From Eledone cirrhosa (Eukaryota): a stretch of DNA of 64,000 bases. A program made the position numbers and the translations under genes. Shown piece after piece: positions 14,160 to 27,570 of this stretch (position 1 is its first letter; every line of letters starts with the position of its first letter). The notes beneath the pieces are model-generated. The model saw nothing but the letters and a program-made list of their open reading frames with translations, ran no database searches and was not told where the DNA came from. The stretch is from contig OZ024747.1 in the NCBI GenBank assembly GCA_964016885.1, positions 2,480,001 through 2,544,000 of the forward strand, read 5' to 3'.

Positions 14160-14410
14160 TATGCAAATAGTAAACAGAAACAACAAAGCAAACAACACAG
14201 TACAATGAAGAAATATATTAGTTTATTGCTTGATATAGTAGGAAAGGAGAGTCTTTACGTTTTGGACACTAGTTCTTCATCAGAAAATAGAATGAGAAAT
14301 AAAAGATGAAATAGAAAGGTAGAAAGAAAAGAGGGCGGAATAGAAAAATAAATTGAGAAAAAAACATTTGTATATTCAGTCAGCCATTTTGGTGAGGATT
14401 TGATGAAGCA
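14160..14410 (-). mobile_element. Older copy of the 8952/9567 Penelope-like family with decayed hammerhead
   Basis: Reverse complement CTGATGAAGAACTAGTGTCCAAAACGTAAAG and shared agaatgagaaataaaa flank. Confidence 0.6.
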
Positions 14411-14469
14411 ATGGAGTGTTGGACAACATATCTGATGGGATTTACTAGTTACAGCTCTTAATATTATGA

Positions 14470-14845
14470 AGTCATGTCCTTCTCAGATAAACTTTGTCTT
14501 TCATCATTTTGGGGTCAATAGAATAAAGTACCAGTGAAATGTTGGAGTCATAAAAACAAGGTACCAGTCAAGTACTTATATATATCTCTCGAATGTATCA
14601 TATGAGATTATAATAGAAGACAGAAGTTATTATTTGATATGTTGAAGGACAGTGGATTGGCAGTATCAGTAGAGAGTAAGACTACATGTTTTACATTCTG
14701 AGTTCAAATCCTGCTAAGGTTAGCTTTGCCTTTCATTCTTGTGGGGTTGATAAAATAAAGTATCATTAAAGTATTAGAGTTAATTTAATCAACTTTTCCC
14801 TCCTAAAGAGTTATTGACTTCTTGCCTAAATCAGAAACAATTATT
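14470..14845 (+). mobile_element. Two head-to-tail tRNA-derived SINEs (Nin/Deu-domain-like, family S1)
   Basis: gcctttcatt..t.ggggt.gataaaataaagta core. The second copy has head ggattggcagtatc and B box gagttcaaatcc. Confidence 0.75.
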
Positions 14846-16049
14846 TGATAGGTTGAAATAGTGAATTGATTAAAACAGTGAATATCATGTTATTTTCATT
14901 CTTCTGTTTCCTGAGTTCCGTCTGAAGAGTTTATATTTCATTTCATCCAACATTTTCCTTGATATGATGGAATTTATGCTGAGTATTGCAACTATTAGAC
15001 TGAAGCAAATGGAGTCATACCAAGTTAATCTGTCGTAGTTTTGATTTCTGTTGAAGTTATTCAGATCAGTTTTTTTTTTTAGAAAGAAACCAAAGGTTCC
15101 TGATTCTGTATTCAATTCTACCTTACAGTATCTTGTACAGATGTCTTCTACCAACATTGTGGGATCGACCAAAGCCATGTGTGTGAAATTTGATAGACAG
15201 AGACTGTGTGGAAGCCTGTTGGAGAAACAGTTTAATTTTGCGGGGAGAGGGTAGACTTAATATGCCCTCAGCACCACCACTACCACCACCACCTGGTTCA
15301 ACACCCTCACATGGCTCTTGGGTGCCCACTCTATTGTATGTAATTAAGCTACATCGTGGGTCTGAAGATAACTTCCTTGCCTATTCCAATAAGTCAGAGA
15401 GACTCCATAAAGGGCCATGGGCGCCACCCTTCTTTCTTTGCCTATACCTTAAAATAAAATAGAACGAAGCACAGAATCCTGAATTAAAATTCAGGATAAA
15501 CATCCTTTAAAACAAAAAACAGTGATCTACTACTAAGAAACATCTTTATTATTAAAACAATAGCTTAGCACCTCAAAATAAAGTTGAACACTCACTGAGT
15601 CACTGAGCTGAGTTCACAAACCAAGATTGATCTTGCTTATAAACATTCCTCTTTGATATGCAAATAATTCTCCATGATGATGGCAGGAAAATCCCAGCTT
15701 TCTCTTTAAGGTGAAGATCATCAACAAATTTGGTTCTTCACAATTCTTTGTCTCAACTAGAAAATTAAGACCAACTTTGGTTTTATTACTTCTTGTGGCT
15801 TAAACAAAATAATTACCAGTAATATACTGGTGTTAATTTCAGCCAATTCTTGCAAAAATGGCTTATTTAAAAGATATTCATATAATTATTTGATGGTCTG
15901 ATATAAATATCTACACAGCTATCCACCTATAGATCCACACATTAAACACTCACCTACACCTAGCCTTTCTCTTTCTCTATGTATATATATTCATATATAT
16001 ATCTGTGTGTGCGTTTGTGAGTGTGTATATATATACATAGCTACACACA

Positions 16050-16116
<67 letters not shown>

Positions 16117-16741
16117 ACACATATATAAGGTGTATAGTTGTTTCATCTTCTTTTTTAATTTCGTGTTCCCCTCCCTTCTCTTTTTCTTACCTTTATGTTG
16201 ATATTAATTTTTTTCTCCTTTCCTCCTTTCATTTCATCCTTCCCAACCCCCACCCCTTTATTCTTCCACCATAAATATATATACATATATATATACACGT
16301 ATATACACACATTAGATACACATACCCTACCCTACCATACCCTACCATACCATACACACATTCTTTATTGGTAAATATTGACTTTGCTTCGATCTTGAAC
16401 TAGAAGTGAGGAGTTTATGAATGTTTATGTCATGAAATGAAAATATAGATTAATGCAGTCCTTCGGGAAAATGAATCTGGGATATTAAACTTTCCGAAAT
16501 AGTAGCAATATCAGATATCCTTTGAAGAATACGCTATAACTTATTTTCAATTAAATTTTTATTTTCACAGTGGAAATTACTTTCTATTAGATTTTTAATT
16601 CATAAATTTAACTGAACGCGAAATGCTCCCATTTTCCCAATACAAATTACATCAGCAAAGAATAATAATAGGTATATGCATATTATATATATATATATAT
16701 ATAGATATATATATATATTGTATACATGGCCATGGATATTC

Positions 16742-16778
<37 letters not shown>

Positions 16779-17421
16779 ATATACTTATACATAGATATAT
16801 ATACTTGTGTATGTATATATTTATATATATGTGTACATGTATAACTATGTAATATGCATGTGAATAAGTGGAACAGCTTCTATGTGTGTGTGTGTATATG
16901 TGTGTTCTGTTATAGTGTATAAATTGCAATCATATACCCGTATGTATGGATCTATATATCATCTGTCCACACACACATATATAAATATATATATATATGT
17001 GTGTGTGTATATATATACATACACATATACTTATATATATATATGGACATGTATGTATATATGGACACGTATGTATATATGGACATGTATGTATATATGG
17101 ACATGTATGTATATATGGACATGTGTGTGCTTGTATATATATGTATACAATAAATAGCTAGGCATATGGACATATATAGAAATACATAGATTCTCACAAG
17201 TAATTTTGTAGGAAAGGGTTAATGAGATTTTGGATGCAAATATATTGGAAAAAAGAAAGAAAACTACAGAGTTAATCTATATCAAAGTGAAGCAAGGTTT
17301 TTAAATTTCTTATTGTTCTTCATTGGAATTGGAACTATGTACATACACATGTGTGTGTGATAAAGTATGTATACTTCTATATACACAAGCACATATACCT
17401 GCATGTGTCAGAATATATGTT

Positions 17422-17458
<37 letters not shown>

Positions 17459-17495
17459 CACTGTCACACACACACTCACATACACACTCATACAC

Positions 17496-17529
<34 letters not shown>

Positions 17530-17592
17530 GTATATGCATATATATATATATATATATGCATATATATATATAGTTATATATATATGCATATA

Positions 17593-17655
<63 letters not shown>

Positions 17656-17662
17656 CACTGTG

Positions 17663-17709
<47 letters not shown>

Positions 17710-18209
17710 GAGAGAAAGAGAGAGAGAGAGAGAGAAAGAGAGACATACATACAAGCATATATATACATCCACTCTCTCTGACAACAGTCATGTCAATGAA
17801 ATGTATTTCCTATTACATAGTTCATGGAAGAGAGGGCAGTGTCTTCAGACAGATCTGACCTCATATTGTATGATGTTGATATAGATGATGTTAAACTTCA
17901 CCTTCTCTTGGTTGATAATTGCTGGCAAAACCTGACCAACGAGGTCACTCCAATGGATTTACATTTCTGCTGTGAAAGCAGAAGTATTGTGTTTGCTTTA
18001 GAGTTTTTCAAAGTGAGGCACAATATAAATAATAGGAGAACATATCCAACTGTATGGGGGGAGGAAGGATTTGAGGCAGGAATCATTGATGTTATCTTCT
18101 TCTTCTTCTTCTTCTTCTTCTTCTTCTTCTTCTTCTTCTTCTTCTTCTTCTTCTTCTTCTTCTTCTTCTTCTTCTTCTACCAAATCTAACAACTATAATT
18201 GTGATGTTT

Positions 18210-18383
18210 TCATCATCGTTTAACGTCTATCTTCCACACTAGCATGGGTTAGACGGGAATTGTCCCCCTTGATGCAAGATTAGTTGGGTGACTGCGCCTC
18301 GCTCATATAGGACTATCTGGCAGGTTTTCTATGGCTGGATGCCATACCAACCACATTACAGTGTGGACTGTGTTTTTGTCATG

Positions 18384-18385
<2 letters not shown>
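18210..18385 (-). mobile_element. SINE with Meta-domain-like core and RTE-derived tail (family S3)
   Basis: Reverse complement of ggcatccagccatagaaa...ccgtctaacccatgctagtgtggaag...gatgatg. Matches 60560-60780. Confidence 0.75.
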
Positions 18386-18424
<39 letters not shown>

Positions 18425-18429
18425 AAAAG

Positions 18430-18725
18430 GGTAAACACCCCCTTTGGTCATGAATGACCAAACGATTTGCACATAGAATGTCCCCCTTCAAGGCACAAAC
18501 CTGAACAATGTTGTTTATTTAAGAGCAGCAGTCAGCATGTATACCAGTCTCCCCTCTCCACACCACTGATGTTGTCCAACAGTGACATCACAACTCATTT
18601 CTATGGCTGAGTGAACTGAACTAATGTGAAATAAAGTCTTTCTCAAGGACACAACACACTGTCTGGTTTGGGAATCGAACTCACAAACTCACAATTGTAA
18701 GCCCAACGCTCTAACCACTAAGCCC
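18430..18725 (-). mobile_element. tRNA-derived SINE
   Basis: Minus-strand head tagtggttagagcgttgggcttacaa...gagttcgattccc followed by gtgttgtgtccttgagaaagac. Confidence 0.7.
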
Positions 18726-19770
18726 CCCCCCCCCACATATATATATAAAGAAGTATTTGTCCCCATATATATGTTTGTTTTTATCTGCTAAAGCCATAAA
18801 AAACACAGTTAGTGGTGTTAATCCAAATGAAGCATTAAGTCTACTAAACATTGTATAATATTTACCAAATCTCTCATGGAAGTGGTAAATGTGTTATGTG
18901 TTGTTGTTGTTGCTGTTTTGTCTCGGACTTAAGTCGTTCCAGTTATGAACATGGGTAATATGTTTTTTAAGGCAATCTATACCAAGGGTTTCATTATCCA
19001 GGGCAGGCATTTGTTTTTCTTTTAAGACTGTTGAGATCTAGGGATTATGAAAAGTGGTTGTTTTGGAAGGCTCCACAATGCAGATGGATAAATTTCCAGG
19101 TAACAAAATCAAATGGCATTAGGAAGGAAGGGGGTGAGGAGGAAGAGAAATATAAGAAGAAATGTAAAATGAAATGAAGATCAGAGATGAAGTTACCTTG
19201 GAATAGATTTATTAGTCCCTATATTTTGGATTTATTATCCATGGTCAGGGATATCTGAAGGAACTTTGGAGGTTTGTTAGAGAGGAACCTACATGGTCAT
19301 GTGTTGCTAGTGTCAGTGTCAGGCATTTAAGGAATATTTTATTTGATAAAATGTTGCTCAAAGACCTCCAGCTCTTTAAGTCTAGCTTGTTAACTAATAT
19401 TTCTTCATAGTCCAGTTAATGAGATGTGAGACCAACACATTGTAACTATATAGAGTCCCACAAGGTTTTATTTACCATATTTTATTGTATGGAATAAATC
19501 TTTTTCAATTCCATTTCATTTCATAAACGATAGTCACATAACACTGAAATATGTCGGGGAACACTTTAGAACATATTTCTCTCACTTTTGTTTGAATTAA
19601 AATGTGTTCTTCACTGTCATGTATATATATATATATAACAAAATACTGGTGTGTATGAATATAGCAAGACACTAGGTTGTGTGTATAAAGTTTAATTAAC
19701 AAGTTGAAGTTATGTAGAATAGAATTGTTGACATGTCCATGGGTAGATGAAAGAATGAAGTAAAGTTATT

Positions 19771-20055
19771 TGTTACCGTTTTGAAGTGAGCTCGCAAGAG
19801 ACCATGTTAGGGTTGCCAGGCTAGTTAGAAGAGAGAGAAGCATCGGCGAACGCGCATGGCCGACGGCCAGGAGCTGAAAGGGCAAATGAGAGGGAGAGAG
19901 CTGAAAGTTATTCCTTTTATAGAGTTCCAGAACGGAAGTAACAAAAAGGGTTCTGCCACCCCAACGGGAAGTAACTCCAGCTACTTCCTGTCTAGAGAGC
20001 GGTGATGGGATTGTCATAACAAGGGAGGCAACTCTTGCTACATTATCTCCCGCCA
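19771..20055 (-). mobile_element. Possible LTR (about 270 bp) with polypurine tract
   Basis: Minus strand: GGCGGGAGATAA, then TGTAG... (20042), internal TATAAAAG and CT-rich tract, ending GTAACA (19771). CpG-richer than the flanks. No partner LTR or gag/pol seen. Confidence 0.4.
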
Positions 20056-20822
20056 GATTTTAAAAATATAAAAATCGAATGAACCATGTATGGAGTAAGA
20101 TGGCGAGCATGTAACACCAAAGTCCAGGCATGAAAATTACGAAAAAAATAATGTTTGCAATAAAAGGAAAACAGCAAAATATATGCATGCAAAAATCAAT
20201 GATAGATATCAAGGTAGCCAACCGCTCTTGGCCAGAGAACGACTGGACATCTATCTATCCATCACCCAAAGATACAATGTAATCAAACTAAAAGAAGAGG
20301 TCAAAGTTCAAAATACAGTTCACAGGTGTGCAATCACATGACAGCAGGAAAGAAAGTGTGTTCCAGAGAATGTATGCAGGTGGTTTCTGGTCTGTGGTAT
20401 AACGTGAAATTTCCAACCTCCGAAGGGATTTTCTCACAGGAAGAGTGCTGCAAAAATAAATTCTCTGGCTTGTTCTGCTGGTTTTGGTTGTTGATGAAGC
20501 AGCGTTGTTGTTGTTGATGTTGTTGTCTCGCGGAGATCTACCAACTCATAATATTATAATATTATATTATAACATTAAATCATAAATTTTTAACACTACA
20601 AGTGAAGTCATTCTTTTCCTTTTTTTCAAATATATATATATATATATATCCATATATAATGTTATATATATATATGTATATATATATACGTGTGTATAAT
20701 GGTAGCTATGGTGCTTCCATAGGCGGTATGCCAAAATTAGCACTCAATATTCATACAGAGCAGAGTGTGGATAGTATAAAAAAACGAAAAATCAGTGATG
20801 CATCTGGACTCAGTTTATTGCT

Positions 20823-20909
20823 TGTTACAATTGTTTCGCCGGCAGGTAGCTCGAGACATGATCACTGTATGGATCTGGCTGATTCTACGGCTGCAGGTTC
20901 CTTCAGACA
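20823..20909 (-). ncRNA. Type I hammerhead-like motif with long stem II, within a (TA)n-flanked element (about 20690-20947)
   Basis: Reverse complement TGT-CTGAAGGA-ACCTGCAG...CTGCCGGC-GAAAC-AATT-GTA^ACA, then AATAAA. One extra nucleotide in the core. Confidence 0.55.
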
Positions 20910-21112
20910 CGGGTAGTTCGTTCGGAGCAAGTTTTCTCACTCTTTTATATATATATATATATAGCCAAATCAGTTCCTGTATGAGCAAGGCATGGTCAGC
21001 TGACCTGACACTACCCACAACAGGACAACCCGTCTAACCCATGCTAGCGTGGAAGAACGGACGTAAAACGGTGATGATGATATATGTGTATATATATATA
21101 TGTATATATATG

Positions 21113-21191
<79 letters not shown>

Positions 21192-21212
21192 GTGTATATA
21201 TATATATGTATA

Positions 21213-21334
<122 letters not shown>

Positions 21335-21355
21335 TATACATATATATATATACAC

Positions 21356-21407
<52 letters not shown>

Positions 21408-21410
21408 ATA

Positions 21411-21483
<73 letters not shown>

Positions 21484-21520
21484 ATATATATATATTTATG
21501 TATATATATATATATATATA

Positions 21521-21602
21521 GTAAAAAATTGAACGGGAACAAAACAGAGAGGCAGTACGAACAAAGGTTTATTAGTTTCATGCTCTTGAGAGTGGGGTGG
21601 TG
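21521..21602 (-). mobile_element. Short truncated element end in (TA)n, shorter copy at 11648-11691 (+)
   Basis: Shared ttgttcgtactgcctctctgttttgttcc. The longer copy includes GAAAC and AATAAA. Confidence 0.7.
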
Positions 21603-21603
21603 A

Positions 21604-21637
<34 letters not shown>

Positions 21638-22366
21638 CATATATATATATACACATAACCAATGCTAGTGTGGAAAATGGACGTAAAGCGGTGATGATAA
21701 TGATATATATATATATAACAATATATTTGTGTGTCTGTACACACACATATATACATGTACCCATACATACCCACATGCACACGTACATCCAATTATCTAT
21801 TAATATTGGTAAGGTTAATTTTTAAATTGACATTAAAATTGGTGAAGACATGAAGTGTTGATATAGAACAATGTTTTTAGTGAGGGAATAGAAGAGTGTT
21901 AAGAGTAATGAACCAGACTGACAGATAGACTGACAGACAGATCAATGTTTAGTGAGGGAATAGAAGACTTACTGTGACAGACAGACAGGAACTGTTGGTA
22001 TAGACCAATGTTTAGGAAGTGAACAAGAAATTCTTACTATAATGAACTAATTCCAACCCATACCTCCTCATAACGGAAATGAGAAAATGCTAATTAAATA
22101 ATCTATAACATAATGATACACATCTAGAATGTCTGTTCAATCTGTCTGTTGTTTGACTACCTCTCTGTCTGACTAACTGTCTGTCTGTCTCTCTCTCTGT
22201 CTGTCTGTCTGTCTCTCTATCTGTCTGTCTGTCTGTCCATCTGTCTCTCTCTTTGTCTGTCTGTATGTCTCTCTATCTATCTGTCTGTCTGTCCATCTGT
22301 CTTCCTGGCTGTATGTGTATTGGTCTCTCTATCTGCCTGTCTGTCTGTCTAGCTGTCTGTCTGTCA

Positions 22367-22406
<40 letters not shown>

Positions 22407-24209
22407 GTCTGCCTGGCTATCTCTCTGTCTGTCTGCCTGGCTATCTCTCTGTCTCTGTCTCTCTCTGTCTCTCTGTCTGCCTGGCTATCTCTCTGTCTGT
22501 CTGCCCGGCTATCTCTCTCTCTCTGTCTCTCTCTGTCTCTCTCTCTCTCTGTCTGCCTGGCTATCTCTCTGTCTGTCTGTATGTCTGTTTATCTGCCTGC
22601 AATATTAAGGTAATATGCAAGCAGAATAAAATAAACACAGGGAGAATAAAATAAACTCAGCCTAGTCTGGAAATTGTTAGTGCTTGTAAAATGATAAAAA
22701 GCACCGAGAACATGCTGCAAAGTGGTTGACATTAGGAAAGGCAACCATCCCAAAATGGAATGTATAAGCAAGATATGATCTTCATGATCTAAAAAAATCA
22801 CAACCTATCAAACCTACGTCATAGTTAAAATGGACATAGAACTGTAGTAAATACAAACAAAGTTCTTTGTGATGTTTTTTGCACCTAATTACAAACACAA
22901 TTACCTATGAAATATGTCCAGTAATTGTTTTCTGAGACAGTCTAACCAGATGTCCATAATTCTTACTTATGACTGAATATTTCCACCTAGCCACCCCACT
23001 GCTGTGCACAATAACATTCCCCCATCAGTTTCAGAGCCCAGAAAAATGTTATAGGTGTTGTGTTGCCTCTTCTTACTCCAATTCAATTCAGGGCCTTCTC
23101 AATCCTGTTGGAGGAGCCCCTGGTTGATCTCCACTGCTTTCTAATTGGCTTGTTTCAAGTCAGGGTGTAGCTGTACTCCCCATGCTTGGTCAGCTGCAGG
23201 TTGGTGAAGCTGTAGTTGGGGTGCCCTTTCAATAGCTCTTGTTTTTTGTGCTGCTGGGGTTCCCCTTTCCCTCCTTACCAGACCAGGGACTGGTGGAGGA
23301 GCTGGTTTAATCACCAGCCACTCGAACATGAAGCAGATTATACTGGGTTACATGGTACCAGTAGCAGAAGTCTGGCTAAACCTGACCTCTCCTTATTAAG
23401 GTTTGAAAAATTTGAAAACATGACAACAAAAAAAAATGTTGTCATCATGTCCAACTCTGAATAATGAGATACAGAAATAGTTTTGTTTTGTATTTGGGGA
23501 TGATAATAATACATAAATATATTAAATTGTCAAACCATCTTGACAATTCAATTCTATTGTCTGTCTTAAAACTATCAATGATGTACCACTAATATATACT
23601 TTTTATTTGTATTTAGTTATATGTATTTTTATATATGTGTAGTTATATGCATGTTTTTATATATGTATGTTCTCACTAATAAAGTGTTAGTCTCCAAGTC
23701 GAGAATAAGTCACTTTTAGTGACTTATGCATCAACTATGTATATATGTCTACCTATCTGTCTATCTATATATATGTATGTATATATGTATGTATGTATGA
23801 ATGTATGTATGTAAGTCAAACCAACATAAAATTTTCCAAATTATTATATGTTAGGTTTGACTGGAATCCACAAGAATCTCCCTGTCTTTTCTCTGTTAAC
23901 TTCTCAATAATGGCCTCATGACAACAATCAAATGTCATCATTTGTCTTCAGATCCACCAAAATTGTATAAAAAAAGTCTTCAATAATGTGTTTCTGTGTT
24001 GACAGAACATATGTTTTACTAAAATGAAGAACTAAATTATTTTCACGATGGAAACATTTTCATTCAATATTTTTGTTTTCTTCGATATTTTCAATTTGGA
24101 ATTTAAAAAAGAAAAGAAAAGAAAAGGTTGAAATAAATTGAGATATTTTTATTCACCATAAGTGAGGAGAAAAAAATTGAAATGAAATTTTTTTTAATTT
24201 ATAAAATTC

Positions 24210-24420
24210 TGGTTGTGTAGTTAATATGTCTGCTGCACAAATAGGTGTTTCTAGTTTGCATTCAATAATACAGTACAACACTTTGGGCAAGTGTCTTCTA
24301 CAATAGCCATGAGACAAACAGTACAATACCTTGAGCAAGTTTCTTCTGCAATAGTCATGAGACAGACACAGACTTGTCAGTGAAATTTGGTCAAGGAAAA
24401 CTATGCAGGAATCATCATCA
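24210..24420 (+). mobile_element. tRNA-derived SINE family S2 (other copies near 15120, 28530, 30130, 32020, 36880, 40420, 48190)
   Basis: Shared (c/t)ttgggcaagtgtcttctac.atagcc...ttgt.agtg.atttgg body. Confidence 0.65.
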
Positions 24421-25440
24421 TGTGTGTTGTCAATTCTATCCTTGTTTTTTCTGTTTTTCTCTTTACAACAATTTTATCCCTCGCACCTCCATCTGACGAA
24501 GGACATAGGTTGAAACACTATGTACTGACGTTTTCTCTTATCTGAGCATTTAATTAAAATTGACCATCCTGTTTTTGATTTTGTTTTTCCTATCTCTTTT
24601 CTCCCTATATTAAACATGCTCATGCAATCATCCATTTTACCTATCATTACCAATTCTTTAATTCTTTACCATACTGAATCCTCTGAAGTACCTGCACCTC
24701 AGATTACATTGTAATATTACTGTAAACATGGTCATGGCTCCCAAACTGTGGTTCTGCTGTGAGGAAGGTTTAGTGCAGTCAACTAGCCTGTTCCTCCTCA
24801 TTGTGGTGCCATCCAGTTCTAAGGAAGCTGGTACCCATACAGCTATACTTGCACAAATAAAAATAAAATGTAACATTACTTTTTAGAATTATATTTAAGT
24901 TGAATTTCAATTTTTACTTTCACAATGATTTTTATTTATTTACTTATTAATTTATTAATTTATTTATTTATCTAGTTTTCAATGAAAAAATAAATATGTA
25001 CCTTTTTCTGCTTATTCAATTCAAGAAGATATTTTCCTTTAATGACTTCATATATCAAAAATCTTCAAAAATATAGATTATTGTTGGATCCAAATCCTTA
25101 CCAATACCATTTCAGCTTAATTGTATATATTTAAAATGTCTTTAAAGCTGTTAAGATTGTAGGAATGCTTTCTTTGAAAATGAATTATGTCTTTAGAACA
25201 ATGGACCATATACTTCAAAGAATCCAAGTTTATGTTATATGTTGAAGAAATTATTGAAGGGAAGAAACAAATTCATAAACAGATTTATTCACATTAATAT
25301 ATTATTGTTATTGTTATTTATATTTATTGTAAATAAAATAAAAATAAAATCCAAGCTCTGCTATGGTTCCTGCTATTTATCTGATTCTTCATATCCTCTC
25401 ATATAAATCACACTCTCTTTGTTGGCCTCTCTATCTCTGG

Positions 25441-25549
<109 letters not shown>

Positions 25550-26188
25550 ATCCCAGCTATATATATCTGGATTCCCACTCTCTCTCTCTTTCTATCTATC
25601 TGTCTATCTATCTCTCGGTTCCCTCTCTCTCTATCTCCCTCTCTAACCAATATCTAGTTCACAGAAATAGTTTCTTTGATAAATGGTAAATACCAGAATT
25701 TCTACACCTTACAACAATAGAACCTTACTCACCATAAATGTGTGTGTGTATGTATTGTATATGTGTGTGTGTGTGTGCTTGTATGTAGTGCGTATATGTG
25801 TATGAATGTGTGTGTGTGTGACGGTATAAGGGAGACTTTCAGGTGCTACAACGATCTGGAGAGTTAAGAAAGATCCTGTTAATATCTGGTGACCCCTACC
25901 AACTCCAACAAGAAGTTCTTCAGGCTGAGTTTGGGGAGGACATACAACCCCCATTCTGTAGTTTTGTATTGCCTTGCAAATTGTTTCCCAGAAACCAGGC
26001 ACATACACATACACTTATACACACACACATATACACATACGCACACACATACATATACAAATATACACACACACATACACACACATATACATACACATAC
26101 ACACACACATACACATACACACCCACATACACATACACACACACACACACACATGCACACACACATACACACACACACACACACACAT

Positions 26189-26260
<72 letters not shown>

Positions 26261-26269
26261 TAAAAAAAA

Positions 26270-27420
26270 ACAAGTTTGACGACATAGGGTGGCAACAGGC
26301 CACTTTATCTGTCAGGTATGGCGGCCTAGGCCTCCGGTTCCCGATCTCACTAGCTTTGCCGGCGTAACTTTCGTCAGTAACCACGTGCCGCGTCCTCGTC
26401 AGCAGGGTTCTTCAAAACACAACAGAACCCTCTGTGTTCAGAGAACATGAAGCCGCCTGTGAGATGTGGGACCGGCTGGGACTTGGCCCAGTAGACGTCC
26501 CTCCTCCTTCTCCCCCTGTTGACGTCAAGTCCCCCCAACACACTTGGGATGCCATCCAGTGCAGCCTGGCCTCAGACAGGCTCACGCATCAGCTCGACCA
26601 GCACCGCCTGGCCTCAGACAGGCCTACGTACCAGCTCGACCAGCACCGCCTTGCTTGTTTTCGTGCGGCCTCCAAACCCCACAGTGGTGCCTGGCTCCAT
26701 GCCCTGCCCTCCTTCTCCACTGGCACGCAGCTAGACAACCATAGCCTGCGCATCGGCGTTTCCCTGAGGCTTGGCCTCCGGATCTGCCAGCCACGCCGTG
26801 GACTCTTTCAGCCTCTAGCCGCCTTCCTGTCGCCACAGTGCCGGCCGCATTCCACGCCATGCTGCCCTCAATGAGGTCATTAAGCATGGCTTGGACGCTA
26901 CAGGCTTCCCTTTCCAGCTCGAGCCGGTGGGGCTGGATTGAGGGGACGGCAAAAGGCCAGATGGTATGACCATCTTCACATTCCGCGGTGGCAAACCCCT
27001 CGTCTGGGATGCCACTTGCACCGACACTTTCTGCAGCCGCAACCTGGTGCAGTCTGCGACTGACCCAGGTTCTGCTGCACGTCGGGCTGAGGGGGCCAAA
27101 CTCCTCAAATACCGGTCGCTCTCCGACAGGTGTGCGGTTGTACCCCTAGCAGTAGAGACTTCTGGTGTCCTCGGCCCCAGGGCTGCCTCTTTACTCACCA
27201 CCATAGGCGCTGATCTGGCCAGCCGTAGGTGTGAGCCCCGCGAATTGGAGTGGCTTTTCCAGCGCATCTCCCTTGCCGGCCTCTGGAGAAACGCCTCCTC
27301 CATTCTGTCCGCCGGGGCTGTGGGTGGGCCCCATCGTGTACCGTTGTAATTGTTGTATACAGATATTAACTCATCAATCCCATTGTCCTAAACAACTGTA
27401 AATTATATTCTATATAAAGA
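26270..27420 (+). mobile_element. 5'-truncated CRE-clade non-LTR retrotransposon (RLE domain) next to (TA)n
   Basis: GC-rich. Reads WQQATLSVRYGGLGLR, HSGAWLHALP...LRLG, LEPVGLD.GDGKRPDG, GKPLVWDATCTDT, PLAVETSGVLG and FQRISLA, with stops and frameshifts. Confidence 0.88.
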
Positions 27421-27439
27421 TACACCTATATATATCATA

Positions 27440-27570
27440 TCTTCTTCTTCTTCTTCACCCACTAATTCCTGAGAGGGTTGTGGGGGTAGAGTCCTCAAAC
27501 ACTCCTTCCAGTAGGTCCTATCAAAAGTATCCACCTCCAATTGATCTGGCTGGATCCCCAAGCAAGTTTC
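27440..27570 (-). mobile_element. RTE-type LINE 3' end with (GAA)n tail, same family as 37440-37715
   Basis: agagtcctcaaacactccttccag is the reverse complement of sequence near 37635-37660. Confidence 0.75.

Noticed and set aside
16322-16355. taccc/tacca repeats as telomere-like sequence
   Set aside because: Very short and not TTAGGG.
24490-24525. Hammerhead-like CTGACGA...GAAAC
   Set aside because: Stems I and II do not pair convincingly; at most a decayed copy.
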